A stretch of DNA of 64,000 nucleotides from a virus, in the IMG/VR virus record IMGVR_UViG_3300046003_004989, positions 1 to 64,000 of that record, one strand, 5' to 3'. The notes under the pieces were generated by a model. It saw nothing but the letters and a program-made list of their open reading frames with translations. It did not search any database and was not told the DNA's origin. Below are positions 8,672 to 17,754 of this stretch, one piece after another (position 1 is the first letter of the stretch; each line of letters begins with the position of its first letter). The position numbers and the translations under genes are program-made.

Positions 8672-9553
8672 TTAGATGACTAATTCAGCAACTCCTACAG
8701 ATCTTCCGTTTTCATATGAGTAGAAACCTTTTCCACTTTTCATTCCTAAATTCCCTTGAAGAACCATTAGCTTAAGTAGAATGGAAGACTCATATTTGTT
8801 ATCATCAAGTCCTTCTTGCAATTCATTCATGATGCTTAGACAAACATCTAATCCAATATAATCTGCAAGTTGTAGTGGACCCATTGGATGAGCACAACCG
8901 AGTTTCATTGCAGTGTCTATTTCATTTACACCTGCAACTCCAGTATGTAGAATATCAATAGCTTCATTTAACATTGGAATGAGTAGTCTATTAACGATAA
9001 AACCTGGAGAGTTCTTTACATAGACAGGTGTCTTATCTAATTGAGTACATAGATGAGTAATTTCTACTGCAGTTTCAATTGATGTAGCTTCACCTAAAAC
9101 GATTTCAACTAACTTCATAGATGATACTGGATTGAAGAAGTGCATTCCGATGAATCTTGATCTGTGATTTGTTCGATGTGCTAAAGCATCAATTGAAAAC
9201 GATGAAGTGTTAGTAGCAAATATACAATCGGTTTGTGCATAATCTTCGATCAAAAGAAACAGATCCATCTTCTTCCTGAAAACCTCAGGGATAGCTTCAA
9301 TGACTAAATCGGCAACTCTAATAGACTCATAAGTCGTATCGAATGATAGATTTTCTTTGATGGTTTTTGCTTCTTCTTCGGTAATTCTACCTTTCTTAAG
9401 CGATGTTGCAACTGTTGAATTGATAGATTCTTCAGCAGCATTAATGGATTTCTCTTTAGGATTGATTAGAGTTACATCAAACCCTTTTGATGCAAATAGC
9501 TGAGCAATACCTTTACCCATTTGACCTGAACCGATAACTGAGATGTTCTTCAT
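8672..9553 (-). CDS. hbd: 3-hydroxybutyryl/3-hydroxyacyl-CoA dehydrogenase
   Basis: VIGSGQMG Rossmann motif, 'ATNTSS', 'GMHFFNP', 'PGFIVNR', 'PMGPLQLADYIGLD'. Confidence 0.95.
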   Translation of the reverse strand: MKNISVIGSGQMGKGIAQLFASKGFDVTLINPKEKSINAAEESINSTVATSLKKGRITEEEAKTIKENLSFDTTYESIRVADLVIEAIPEVFRKKMDLFLLIEDYAQTDCIFATNTSSFSIDALAHRTNHRSRFIGMHFFNPVSSMKLVEIVLGEATSIETAVEITHLCTQLDKTPVYVKNSPGFIVNRLLIPMLNEAIDILHTGVAGVNEIDTAMKLGCAHPMGPLQLADYIGLDVCLSIMNELQEGLDDNKYESSILLKLMVLQGNLGMKSGKGFYSYENGRSVGVAELVI

Positions 9554-9994
9554 TTATAGTAGTTTGTGCCAAAACTTATTTGGCAGATGAATGTTTCGTA
9601 CATATGTGCAATCTCTAAATAGAGGTGCTACATCTTTTGGCTTAAGCCCTGCTAACCCACAACCTACTTCCGTAACAAGGAATATGAGATGTGGATTGTC
9701 TTTTGCGAATTGAATAAAATCATCTACAAAAGGTTTAATTTCTGTTATTGTAAGAGTTCGACGAACCGATGCATCTTTTGTAGGTATTCCGTAAGTTCGA
9801 CCTTGCAGTCCAGCTCCTTGACCCCATTTAGCACCCCAACCCAAAGCAGTTTTTGCTGCACCCTTTCCATGTCTTCCAGAAAGGTTTGAGCCGAATACGA
9901 AAATCTCACCTTCAGATAATTTCTTTATTTCATCAGGTGTGATGCGATTATACACATCATTATCGTGCTGACGCATCAATTCATCTAGGCTCAT
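9554..9994 (-). CDS. macro-domain-like phage protein (A1S_2505-like)
   Basis: 'EIFVFGSNLSGRHGKGAAKTA...TYGIPTK...VTEVGCGLAG'. Confidence 0.8.
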   Translation of the reverse strand: MSLDELMRQHDNDVYNRITPDEIKKLSEGEIFVFGSNLSGRHGKGAAKTALGWGAKWGQGAGLQGRTYGIPTKDASVRRTLTITEIKPFVDDFIQFAKDNPHLIFLVTEVGCGLAGLKPKDVAPLFRDCTYVRNIHLPNKFWHKLL

Positions 9995-10655
9995 CTTTTA
10001 TCAAATTATAAAGTTTCATATTCCATTTAGCATCAATTAAAGCATCATGTTCACCTTCTGGATCAGGACAATTGTTATATTTCCATTCTGCTCCAAGACC
10101 TCGTTCAACCATCATTTGTTTAAGGTCCATACAGAAGTAAGGGAATCCTTTAGGTAAATCGATCATTCTACCGAACAACCAACAGAAAACTACCCAATCA
10201 TAATCAGCAAAATAACCGTAAAAGTCTACAGGAAATTTATGCTTAACTTCTTCCCAATTAGCAATTGCATTAGGATCGTTTATTCCAGATGTCTTATAGA
10301 CATATTCGGTAACTTCCTTTGCAATTCTAGCTCTAGATTTTCCGTGCCAATGAAGTAGATTTTTCAATCCACTCTTATTCCATTCCATTAGATCTGGATG
10401 ATATGTCTTACCGTAAGTTCCTTCATATGAGAGTAACTCTTGATAGACTTGATATAGGACGTTATCTCTTAACCATTCGTTATTCCATGCTGCATCGACA
10501 TCGAATTCATTACATATTGCATAGTAAGTTTCGTCATTTTCACTAACAATACCAATCGAGATCAGCTCAATTGTATCTACTTTATCAATGGTAATTCCTA
10601 AGAATTTTATAGGCTTTTTCCTTTCATGGAATTCAGTGTCTAAGAAGTATTTCAT
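9981..10655 (-). CDS. DEDDh 3'-5' exoribonuclease (Rv2179c-like)
   Basis: 'YFLDTEF', 'LISIGIV', 'YDWVVFCWLFG', 'HDALIDA'. Confidence 0.85.
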   Translation of the reverse strand: MKYFLDTEFHERKKPIKFLGITIDKVDTIELISIGIVSENDETYYAICNEFDVDAAWNNEWLRDNVLYQVYQELLSYEGTYGKTYHPDLMEWNKSGLKNLLHWHGKSRARIAKEVTEYVYKTSGINDPNAIANWEEVKHKFPVDFYGYFADYDWVVFCWLFGRMIDLPKGFPYFCMDLKQMMVERGLGAEWKYNNCPDPEGEHDALIDAKWNMKLYNLIKDEPR

Positions 10656-10664
10656 ATTTGTGTA

Positions 10665-10799
10665 TTAAAACCATAAGCCGGATAATCTAACTTCTCCGTC
10701 CGTATAGTGTATTATTTTGTATTTCCAAATAACGTAAGAATCCGGTTGTTTTGGAAATTCATGGTATGTTATTTTTTCAACAAGTTTATTCAATTCCAT
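10665..10799 (-). CDS. 44-aa hypothetical protein (MELNKLVEKITYHEFP...GLWF)
   Basis: Manually read ORF that fills the gap; below the ORF-track cutoff. Confidence 0.5.
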   Translation of the reverse strand: MELNKLVEKITYHEFPKQPDSYVIWKYKIIHYTDGEVRLSGLWF

Positions 10800-11304
10800 A
10801 TTGTCCTTTTACTATTCTGCCTTTGTCAATATCTGCTTGTATATAAAATGAAATAGCATCAATCCAAAATTCTACTGAACTCATTTCCATTCCAGGATAT
10901 ACTTTTAAGTCTTTGATGATTTTATCGTTGACAGCGATTCGATTTCCTCTACTTGCTTGAACTTTGTATTCGTTGAATTTTTCTTGTAACCCTTTAAGAA
11001 GTTGCCAATACGATCTGCACTTGTTTGCCAGATCGTTGTACTCTTCATCACCTGCAAACACCATTTTCCCACTTTCGTCAATAATGAAAAAGCCTTGCCC
11101 AAAGGCGTGTCCGTAGTCACCGTATAGATGTGTCGGATTGTAACTATGAATGGTTCTGCTACCATTTTCATAAACGGTAACATTATTTCCCATGTGGTCT
11201 TTGTAACTTTCTCTGATTTTTGGACCTTCCATCCTCGGGGATATTGGTATGATTTCTGATGCGATTGATTTGGCACTAACATTTTTTATTATAGGGAAGT
11301 TCAT
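10786..11304 (-). CDS. hypothetical protein with gp23 Gol-region-like N-terminus
   Basis: N-terminus FPIIKNVSAKSIASEIIPISPRMEGP. Confidence 0.65.
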   Translation of the reverse strand: MNFPIIKNVSAKSIASEIIPISPRMEGPKIRESYKDHMGNNVTVYENGSRTIHSYNPTHLYGDYGHAFGQGFFIIDESGKMVFAGDEEYNDLANKCRSYWQLLKGLQEKFNEYKVQASRGNRIAVNDKIIKDLKVYPGMEMSSVEFWIDAISFYIQADIDKGRIVKGQYGIE

Positions 11305-11305
11305 A

Positions 11306-11557
11306 TTAAGCTTTAAATTCTAACCATTCACCTTCTCTCTGCTCTGATCTCCAAACAATATCCTTCCAACCTGCTTCGATATATCTGCCTTTTAGAATTC
11401 TAAAGTGATTCGGTGTCATTCCACTAGGAATTGAAATAGATATTGAGGATCCGCCAGGAGAGAAGTGACTATTAGAAAGTAGATGATCTAATTTCTTTTC
11501 AATAATAGTTGCTTCAGATTTCAGTTTCTCATTGAGCATTTCTGGTGATATTGCCAT
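11306..11557 (-). CDS. hypothetical protein
   Basis: ORF track. Confidence 0.65.
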   Translation of the reverse strand: MAISPEMLNEKLKSEATIIEKKLDHLLSNSHFSPGGSSISISIPSGMTPNHFRILKGRYIEAGWKDIVWRSEQREGEWLEFKA

Positions 11558-11723
11558 TTGTCTTTTCTGTTAATCGGTTGTATAATAATTGGATAACGAA
11601 TTCAAGTCCTATGAGTTCTAACCAATGTTCCATTTTCATTATGTCTTCTCGTTGGTATATAAGTATGAATGATATAATAAATACGATAATCATACACAAT
11701 ACCCAAGTTGGTATTCTTTTCAT
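11529..11723 (-). CDS. small membrane protein
   Basis: Hydrophobic segments. Confidence 0.55.
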   Translation of the reverse strand: MKRIPTWVLCMIIVFIISFILIYQREDIMKMEHWLELIGLEFVIQLLYNRLTEKTNGNITRNAQ

Positions 11724-12200
11724 TTATTTCTGGTTTTGCCAGAACGTACGTATATTTGTTAGGATCTTTCCTAAATGATTTTGACCTTCACCATTTTCAT
11801 TACAACCCCATATCATGTCGTTCCAGTGATTAGTTTCTTCAAGATAAGCATTACCTGTTTCTAGAAGTTTTTCTCTAATGCCTTTGTTTCGATAGAATTT
11901 ATCAAAACATACGGTTGCCATTACGTCATACTTAACAGCTTCCCAATCTTCTCTCAATTTAATTTTTCTACCTAAGACTTTTGCTTCTTTAGGTTCAATG
12001 TATCTGAATTGTTCCCTTTGTAATGGGTCTACAGTTTTAGCAGCCATAAAAGCATTTTCAGTTGATGGGTACATGACACCATCGAAATACACTGGACATT
12101 GATGAAAGTTCGATAAGAATCTGTAAGGTCCGAAGAAGCCTTTGATTTCCTTTTCGTTATGTACGATATAAGGACGTTCTTGTAAATTAACTACTATCAT
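11724..12200 (-). CDS. NADAR family protein (YbiA/T4 gp30.3-like)
   Basis: 'FLSNF', 'YPSTENAFMAAK', 'LLETGNAYLEETNHWNDMIWG', 'GQNHLGKIL'. Confidence 0.92.
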   Translation of the reverse strand: MIVVNLQERPYIVHNEKEIKGFFGPYRFLSNFHQCPVYFDGVMYPSTENAFMAAKTVDPLQREQFRYIEPKEAKVLGRKIKLREDWEAVKYDVMATVCFDKFYRNKGIREKLLETGNAYLEETNHWNDMIWGCNENGEGQNHLGKILTNIRTFWQNQK

Positions 12201-12217
12201 AATTTTCTATTTAAGAG

Positions 12218-13063
12218 TTATATGAGCCCTTTTGCCAATTGGATTTGTTGAGTGTAATAGATTGTATTAGACTCAGGAGTTGCAAGTATTTGTGAATGTT
12301 CGATCAGAGAATAAGTCTTTGCCATATGTTCAGGGGATTGAGTCTCAATCACTTCTCGATTAACGAAGAAATAATGTACACCTGCATCAACTTCAGTTCC
12401 ACTGAATCCATAAACGATAGTCTCATCACTAAATGGCAAATATCTATTAGCATAAACTGTAATTCGATTACTGAGAACTCCAATCTTTTCTATTTCACCT
12501 GCAAAAGTCTTCTGTTCGAGTGGAGCATGAACAAATGCAGGATGTTCTTGCAAAGCAGAAGCAACTCTTGAATTCACTACAATAAAATTATACGAACCCT
12601 TGTAATTATATTTGTAACCTTCACCTGCAGATCGATGAATGAATGCGCCTAAAGTATTGATGTCATTGAACTTCGGTAAAAATCGATAACCAAACCATTT
12701 TGTGATGAGATTCTTCAACCAAGCAAATCTGATAGGTTTGATAGATGGATTCTTTGAACCTAACTCTCTCATCATTTCATAGATCTTAATTTCATTTTGA
12801 GTATCTAACTCAACTTCCATTTTAGATCTAGCATAATCTGCTAGTCTCAATCCAACAACTGATAACTGTCTTTCTTGTTCGTTAGTCACTCGAAGAGTCA
12901 TAGTTTTCATATCAGTCTTATAGACCATCTTCATCTTTTCAAGTTCGATATGATCGAATTGAGTTTCTTCTTTCTTATGAAGAGTTTCCATCGGCTTTAG
13001 GTATTCAAAAATACCTTGCATTGTCGGCTTCTTATGAGTTCGAATGATATTGAGTAGTCTCAT
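12218..13063 (-). CDS. short, divergent T4 gp23/gp24 capsid-fold-like paralog
   Basis: 'YNFIVVNSRVASALQ', 'IGVLSNRITVYANRY', 'VYGFSGTEVDAGVHY' parallel gp23 C-terminal motifs. Confidence 0.6.
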   Translation of the reverse strand: MRLLNIIRTHKKPTMQGIFEYLKPMETLHKKEETQFDHIELEKMKMVYKTDMKTMTLRVTNEQERQLSVVGLRLADYARSKMEVELDTQNEIKIYEMMRELGSKNPSIKPIRFAWLKNLITKWFGYRFLPKFNDINTLGAFIHRSAGEGYKYNYKGSYNFIVVNSRVASALQEHPAFVHAPLEQKTFAGEIEKIGVLSNRITVYANRYLPFSDETIVYGFSGTEVDAGVHYFFVNREVIETQSPEHMAKTYSLIEHSQILATPESNTIYYTQQIQLAKGLI

Positions 13064-13557
13064 TATGCTAATTTGAAGTTACGTAAAAAAGATCTTAATG
13101 CAACTACTCTTTCTGCTTCTTCTCTGTCTTCAGAGAATTGAGATATCCAAGGAGCATAATCGGATTCAAGAGGTTTAGAATCCCATCCAGTAGAAACATA
13201 AGCACCTTTATAATCAGGATATGCGTCTTTGTCCCAAATTCTATCATCTACTAAAAATACAACTGCTGTCAATTGATCTCCTAAGTCCGGTTCGAAGAAC
13301 TCTGCAGTAGGTACTCCATATACGTCTTTCAACATTTCTGCATACTGATTCAATGTTCCAGGAGTTAAACCGCTCGTATTTGTAGTTCCACCGTTTAGGA
13401 TGATAAAAGTCTTATCAATACGGGACCATCTGTGGTATGCAGGTTCTTGGCTATATTGAATACCGTATTCAACTACAGCATGTCCATATTGAATACCTTG
13501 TTGAATCGGAGAAATGTTATACGGAACTAAGCCGTACATTCTATATTTTCTTTCCAT
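13063..13557 (-). CDS. peptidyl-tRNA hydrolase type 2-like protein
   Basis: 'MYGLV..ISPIQQGIQYGHAVVE', 'FFEPDLGDQLTAV'. Confidence 0.7.
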   Translation of the reverse strand: MERKYRMYGLVPYNISPIQQGIQYGHAVVEYGIQYSQEPAYHRWSRIDKTFIILNGGTTNTSGLTPGTLNQYAEMLKDVYGVPTAEFFEPDLGDQLTAVVFLVDDRIWDKDAYPDYKGAYVSTGWDSKPLESDYAPWISQFSEDREEAERVVALRSFLRNFKLA

Positions 13558-13921
13558 TTTTTACTTTTTTACATTTGATTGTAGGGTACCAACTATCACC
13601 TATAACGTTATTCATAGCTGACCAATCCCCTCTAAGTTCTAATTCATCTTTACGAATACCAACTACTTCAAATTGTTCGTTTTCGTAATAATCTGTAGTG
13701 ACTTTATCTCCTAAAGAATATCGATCTTCATTATACTCACTTAAGACTTTGATAAAGATGTTCTTGTTCATATCACAGCCAAGCGGCATTCGAACTTCTC
13801 GGTTTTCCTCTAATACACCTATCTTGATTTGAGAGATGTTATCTTCGAAAATTGAAATAGCTTTATCAACATCCACATCAGGGAATTTAGTTCTCATGTG
13901 AGCTTTGAAAGGTGTTTCCAT
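13541..13921 (-). CDS. hypothetical protein
   Basis: Start moved to ATG 13921 (METPFK); the track's 5' extension overlaps the PspC-like gene. Confidence 0.65.
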   Translation of the reverse strand: METPFKAHMRTKFPDVDVDKAISIFEDNISQIKIGVLEENREVRMPLGCDMNKNIFIKVLSEYNEDRYSLGDKVTTDYYENEQFEVVGIRKDELELRGDWSAMNNVIGDSWYPTIKCKKVKNGKKI

Positions 13922-14094
13922 TATTTTTCTTCGGTTAAAATGAGTATAAGTAAGTAGGCAACTAACGATTGTGGAATGAAGATAAATGCTAATCTCCAAA
14001 AGATAGAGTCTATGCCTGTGTATTCCTCTAGACCTCCACAAACCCCTCCAAGCATACTGTTTTGCTTGGAGCGGTAGTATTTTTTATTATCCAT
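13921..14094 (-). CDS. PspC-domain membrane protein (57 aa)
   Basis: MDNKKYYRSKQNSMLGGVCGGLEEYTGIDSIFWRLAFIF...; missed by ORF track; start/stop overlap both neighbours. Confidence 0.85.
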   Translation of the reverse strand: MDNKKYYRSKQNSMLGGVCGGLEEYTGIDSIFWRLAFIFIPQSLVAYLLILILTEEK

Positions 14095-14663
14095 TATAGT
14101 ACTTCGTCTATTACGCCTAATTTGAGAGCTTCATCTGTTTCGATAAACCAATCTTTTTTGCCTTTGTAAATTCTTTCCAATTTCTTAGCAGTAATTTTCG
14201 TATACTCTAATGTATGATCTTCAATCATCTTTTGAAGTCTCATTGTTTCTACTACTTCTTCCTCTAGATCTTTTGCTTTACCGATAGCACCTGAAGATAC
14301 TTGATGATATAAGTAAGTTGATTTTGGATATCCGAAACGACGATGTCCTGCAATCGAGATTAAGAATCCACAACTCATGGCACAACCTGTTACGATGGTA
14401 TGGACTGGGATTTTACTTGCTCTCATAATTCCAAGTAAACCGAAACATTGATAAACATATCCGCCATATGAATCGATAAACAAACGGATAGGTTTCGGTT
14501 CGTATTTCAAATCATAAGCTGCGTATATTTTTTCTAATTGCTCGTCATCTTCATTGATTGCAATAATAGCTTTAGATATTTCATTGATCGATGCTTGATC
14601 GACTTGTTTTGCTAAGAACAATTTACGTTCTATCGGAGCAGGTAAGTTAAGTGCTGATGCCAT
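14094..14663 (-). CDS. clpP: ClpP-family serine protease subunit
   Basis: 'IRLFIDSYGG', 'GCAMSCG' (Ser), 'YLYHQ' (His), 'DWFIETDEALKLGVIDEV'. Confidence 0.88.
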   Translation of the reverse strand: MASALNLPAPIERKLFLAKQVDQASINEISKAIIAINEDDEQLEKIYAAYDLKYEPKPIRLFIDSYGGYVYQCFGLLGIMRASKIPVHTIVTGCAMSCGFLISIAGHRRFGYPKSTYLYHQVSSGAIGKAKDLEEEVVETMRLQKMIEDHTLEYTKITAKKLERIYKGKKDWFIETDEALKLGVIDEVL

Positions 14664-14672
14664 GTGTAAATT

Positions 14673-14909
14673 TTAAATTTTGTGATTTTCTATTGAATCA
14701 AGTACGTCTTTTACAGTTTCCCACTCTTCCATTTCTTTATCGGAAATTCTGATATCAAATTCCTTTTCAACTTCAAGTGTCAATTCAACAACGTCCAATG
14801 AGTCTAATTCTAAGTCGTTATGAAGATTCAATTCTAGTGAGATTTCTCCTCCTTCAAATGGAATACGTTCTATAATCATCATTTGAAGTCTTTCTAAATT
14901 AGTCTTCAT
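14673..14909 (-). CDS. acpP: acyl carrier protein
   Basis: 'DLELDSLDVVELTLEVEKEFDIRISD' phosphopantetheine-Ser motif; start moved to ATG 14909. Confidence 0.9.
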   Translation of the reverse strand: MKTNLERLQMMIIERIPFEGGEISLELNLHNDLELDSLDVVELTLEVEKEFDIRISDKEMEEWETVKDVLDSIENHKI

Positions 14910-15231
14910 CTTCGTCATCCTCATCTTCTTCATCATCCCAATACTCTACTTGAGTTAGGAATTCAGTGAATCCAAATTCATCTCCGACATATTTTCGGAT
15001 AACTTTTGCATCTTCATCTGATATTTTCTTAAATGACAGTTCACCTAATAGTTCAGATCCATCTGAATATTCGATATCTTCATTTGTTCCCACACAGATA
15101 GTGAAAGATGTTTGTCGATCATTTAATTTTTTCTTAAGGTCTTTCGCTTCTTTGTCTGATACGATAGAAAATCCTGCGATATCCATTTCATCAGCCCAAT
15201 TCGAATCCCAAGTGATAATTACTTTACTCAT
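14899..15231 (-). CDS. acidic hypothetical protein
   Basis: ORF track. Confidence 0.7.
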   Translation of the reverse strand: MSKVIITWDSNWADEMDIAGFSIVSDKEAKDLKKKLNDRQTSFTICVGTNEDIEYSDGSELLGELSFKKISDEDAKVIRKYVGDEFGFTEFLTQVEYWDDEEDEDDEDED

Positions 15232-15443
15232 TTTGCTTTTCGTTTTGCTGTTTTTAGTGCTTCTGTTAATTTTTGATATATGAGGTCAAGTTCTGCTTGA
15301 CTTTCAATTGAATATTGTGTTGAAGTTTCGAGGTCTAAAGTGATATAGCCCTCTAAAGAAACATGCACATCTATGTATTGACCGATATCATTTTCAAAAT
15401 GAAAATCATCGATAACGCATATTGTGCCTATTTTCTTTGCCAT
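15228..15443 (-). CDS. hypothetical protein
   Basis: Start moved to ATG 15443, which overlaps the infC stop. Confidence 0.6.
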   Translation of the reverse strand: MAKKIGTICVIDDFHFENDIGQYIDVHVSLEGYITLDLETSTQYSIESQAELDLIYQKLTEALKTAKRKAK

Positions 15444-15964
15444 TACTTTTTTGCTTTTGGACGAATCATAACGATCCATCGATTACCTTCATATCGAGGC
15501 ATGGTTTCTGGTAAGCCTACTTCTTGAACTTTCTGTATAAAATTAAGCATTGTGATTTCTCCTCTTTCTGGAGCAGCTTTTTGTCTACCCTTTACGAGAA
15601 GAACTACCTTAACTTTATCGCCCTTTTCTAGAAATTTGATAGCACGATTAGACATCGTATTCATATCATGCTCTGCGATATTAACCGAAAGTTGTACTTC
15701 TTTTAATTCTGTTTTGTGCGTATTTTTCTTTCTTTCCTTATCAGCTTTCTCTTGCTCATAAAGGAATTTACCGTAGTCTACAATACGAACTACTGGTGGA
15801 TTTCCACTTTCATTGATTAAGACCAAGTCTAATTCAAGTGATTGTGCTTCTTTGAAAGCGTCTAAAGAACTCATGATACGAGGTTCACCTACACCGATTA
15901 CTCGGACTTGAGGGAAACGAACTTCGCTATTGATTTTGTGTTTTCGAGTTGTTTTACTCATCAA
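15443..15964 (-). CDS. infC: translation initiation factor IF-3
   Basis: 'INSEVRFPQVRVIG', 'LDLVLI...PPVVRIVDYGKFLYEQ', 'FLEKGDKVKV'. Confidence 0.95.
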   Translation of the reverse strand: MMSKTTRKHKINSEVRFPQVRVIGVGEPRIMSSLDAFKEAQSLELDLVLINESGNPPVVRIVDYGKFLYEQEKADKERKKNTHKTELKEVQLSVNIAEHDMNTMSNRAIKFLEKGDKVKVVLLVKGRQKAAPERGEITMLNFIQKVQEVGLPETMPRYEGNRWIVMIRPKAKK

Positions 15965-15986
15965 TTTAATATGTGTTAGTATAGAA

Positions 15987-16015
15987 TTATATGATGTGAT
16001 TACTTACTGGTTTCG
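15987..16015 (-). promoter_or_regulatory. class II promoter (CGAAAC-N16-CATATAA)
   Basis: One of about 12 intergenic CATAWAA sites, most with an AAWC-like element 16 nt upstream. Confidence 0.55.
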
Positions 16016-16019
16016 TATG

Positions 16020-16391
16020 TTAACATTTTTTCAAATCCAATTTGTAATATTTTTCTTCTCTACGATCAGTATAGAAGTACAAAATAATATACTCATGACA
16101 ATCTGGCTGTTGATAAGATCTTAAATTCGTTACATTACCGTTGCTTTCATGACAAGTGTATATGAATTGATCGGTTCTTACAAACTGTTGCTTGCTGTCT
16201 ATGTAGAATGTATACGTCTTATACGGTGTTTGAACTACGATACTATCACCTAAGAATCGGACTTCTCCAGGAGCTTTAATAATCTCCCAACCTTTATCGG
16301 TTCTTCTGTCTATTGTTTGAAATTCATAATCTCCTCGTTGAGAGAAAGATGATAAACTAAACATTAATATGAGTAGATAAATTTTAGCCAT
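16020..16391 (-). CDS. secreted hypothetical protein
   Basis: Bacteroidota-style signal peptide MAKIYLLILMFSLSSFSQ; start moved to ATG 16391. Confidence 0.65.
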   Translation of the reverse strand: MAKIYLLILMFSLSSFSQRGDYEFQTIDRRTDKGWEIIKAPGEVRFLGDSIVVQTPYKTYTFYIDSKQQFVRTDQFIYTCHESNGNVTNLRSYQQPDCHEYIILYFYTDRREEKYYKLDLKKC

Positions 16392-16680
16392 GACTTGGTT
16401 TGTATTCGATTTCGTTATTAATTTTTTCTGATACTCGGCTTGCATGTACAGAAGGATAGAGTTCTTCATACTCAAATTCTTCTACAGGAGTAAATCGATT
16501 TGCTGTTCCAGTCATAATACCTCTTCCTCGGAATCCATCGATTTCTACAAAAAGGATTGCAACTAATTCTGGATTGCTAATTCCATTTGGTGTTAGTTTG
16601 ACATCACGTAGAATACCGATTCTGCCATCTTCAAATTTTACTGGATTGCCTATTGCAATCTCAATCAGGGATGTTCTCAT
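16384..16680 (-). CDS. hypothetical protein
   Basis: ORF track. Confidence 0.65.
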   Translation of the reverse strand: MRTSLIEIAIGNPVKFEDGRIGILRDVKLTPNGISNPELVAILFVEIDGFRGRGIMTGTANRFTPVEEFEYEELYPSVHASRVSEKINNEIEYKPSHG

Positions 16681-16909
16681 CTGCTAGTCTTTTTAGTTTT
16701 TGATAATTCTTAACAATTCTACCGAATTGAGCAATTGATTCAAAGTCTTGCTTTGTTACTTCGGTATGTAATAGGCCATGTTTAGGTTCGATAGGAATGA
16801 TGATATTTTTAAAATCGTCGTCCATCATATCGTACAAGTCCATCATATAGAAGTCTGATAATTGCTCAAGTTCTGTAATGGTAGGTTCTTTCTTTTTTCT
16901 ACTAAACAT
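16661..16909 (-). CDS. hypothetical protein
   Basis: ORF track. Confidence 0.6.
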   Translation of the reverse strand: MFSRKKKEPTITELEQLSDFYMMDLYDMMDDDFKNIIIPIEPKHGLLHTEVTKQDFESIAQFGRIVKNYQKLKRLADENIPD

Positions 16910-16911
16910 AT

Positions 16912-17442
16912 TTATGGTTTGAAGGTTTTAAAAGATTTTTGAATATCTGCTAAATCGAAGTCTACTAACATGTTATCAGCAGCCCCAAAGATTTGAAGCA
17001 TATCAAAGATTCCTTGATCAGTCCAATCTTGGATTTGTCTATCTCTTTTTGCTGGACGCATTTGACCCAATTGATGGAATCGCATGTGATTTTTACAAAT
17101 AAGAGCAACAGTATCAGGATTTGCATTATGTTGAGTACAGAAAGCTCGTACTTGCATATTGTCCATAATCAATTGAAAAGCAACATCATCGTGACCGGGA
17201 GAAGTCGGAAAACCTGTTTTAGGATTCTGACGAACCGTATCAAATTTTGCAATATCGTGGAGAACACCTGCCATTATCAAGTTAGGATTGCCGGTAGGAA
17301 TCAACCTATCAGTTACAATCTGTATATGATGAAATGCAGATGGCTCTGGGTGAAAGTCAGGTCTTTCTCTTAGGAATTTAAGTTGCTCCAATTTTCGTTG
17401 GATGATATGAGGAGCAGTTTGGATGATGTCGATGAATTGCAT
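16912..17442 (-). CDS. HD-domain phosphohydrolase resembling the HD domain of CCA-adding enzymes
   Basis: 'PDFHPE...HIQIV', 'AGVLHDIAK', 'PGHD', 'KNHMRFH', 'AADN'. Confidence 0.8.
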   Translation of the reverse strand: MQFIDIIQTAPHIIQRKLEQLKFLRERPDFHPEPSAFHHIQIVTDRLIPTGNPNLIMAGVLHDIAKFDTVRQNPKTGFPTSPGHDDVAFQLIMDNMQVRAFCTQHNANPDTVALICKNHMRFHQLGQMRPAKRDRQIQDWTDQGIFDMLQIFGAADNMLVDFDLADIQKSFKTFKP

Positions 17443-17443
17443 A

Positions 17444-17662
17444 TTAATAGTTTGCTTTATGTGTTTTACCAGTGCTTAGATCTACCCATGTTTGTGGTTG
17501 AGAATGTTCTTCTCGTAGTTTACCTAAACGTTTTAATTCGTTGATTCCAGCTTCATGAGCGGTATCTTCGGTAGCACCACTATGATATTTTAGGTGAAAG
17601 TTGTAAGCTGTTTTGTACATTACCTTTTCAACCCCTTTTAATGTTTCAAAAAATGCATTCAT
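17444..17662 (-). CDS. hypothetical early protein
   Basis: First gene after a class I promoter. Confidence 0.65.
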   Translation of the reverse strand: MNAFFETLKGVEKVMYKTAYNFHLKYHSGATEDTAHEAGINELKRLGKLREEHSQPQTWVDLSTGKTHKANY

Positions 17663-17674
17663 ATTGTTATTGTT

Positions 17675-17754
17675 TTAAATTGATATACAAATATAAAACA
17701 AAAACTCCACACTAAAAAATGTGGAGTCAATTATTTTCAAAAAGTTATTAACAA
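17675..17754 (-). promoter_or_regulatory. class I promoter/terminator cassette
   Basis: Box 17744-17754, variant hairpin ACTCCACA/TGTGGAGT, -7 element 17688-17695. Confidence 0.75.

Noticed and set aside
10905-11282. 125-aa overlapping minus-strand ORF (also 1957..2205, 59988..60182, 63302..63517, 63524..63766)
   Set aside because: Out-of-frame overlaps with longer genes that pack cleanly with their neighbours
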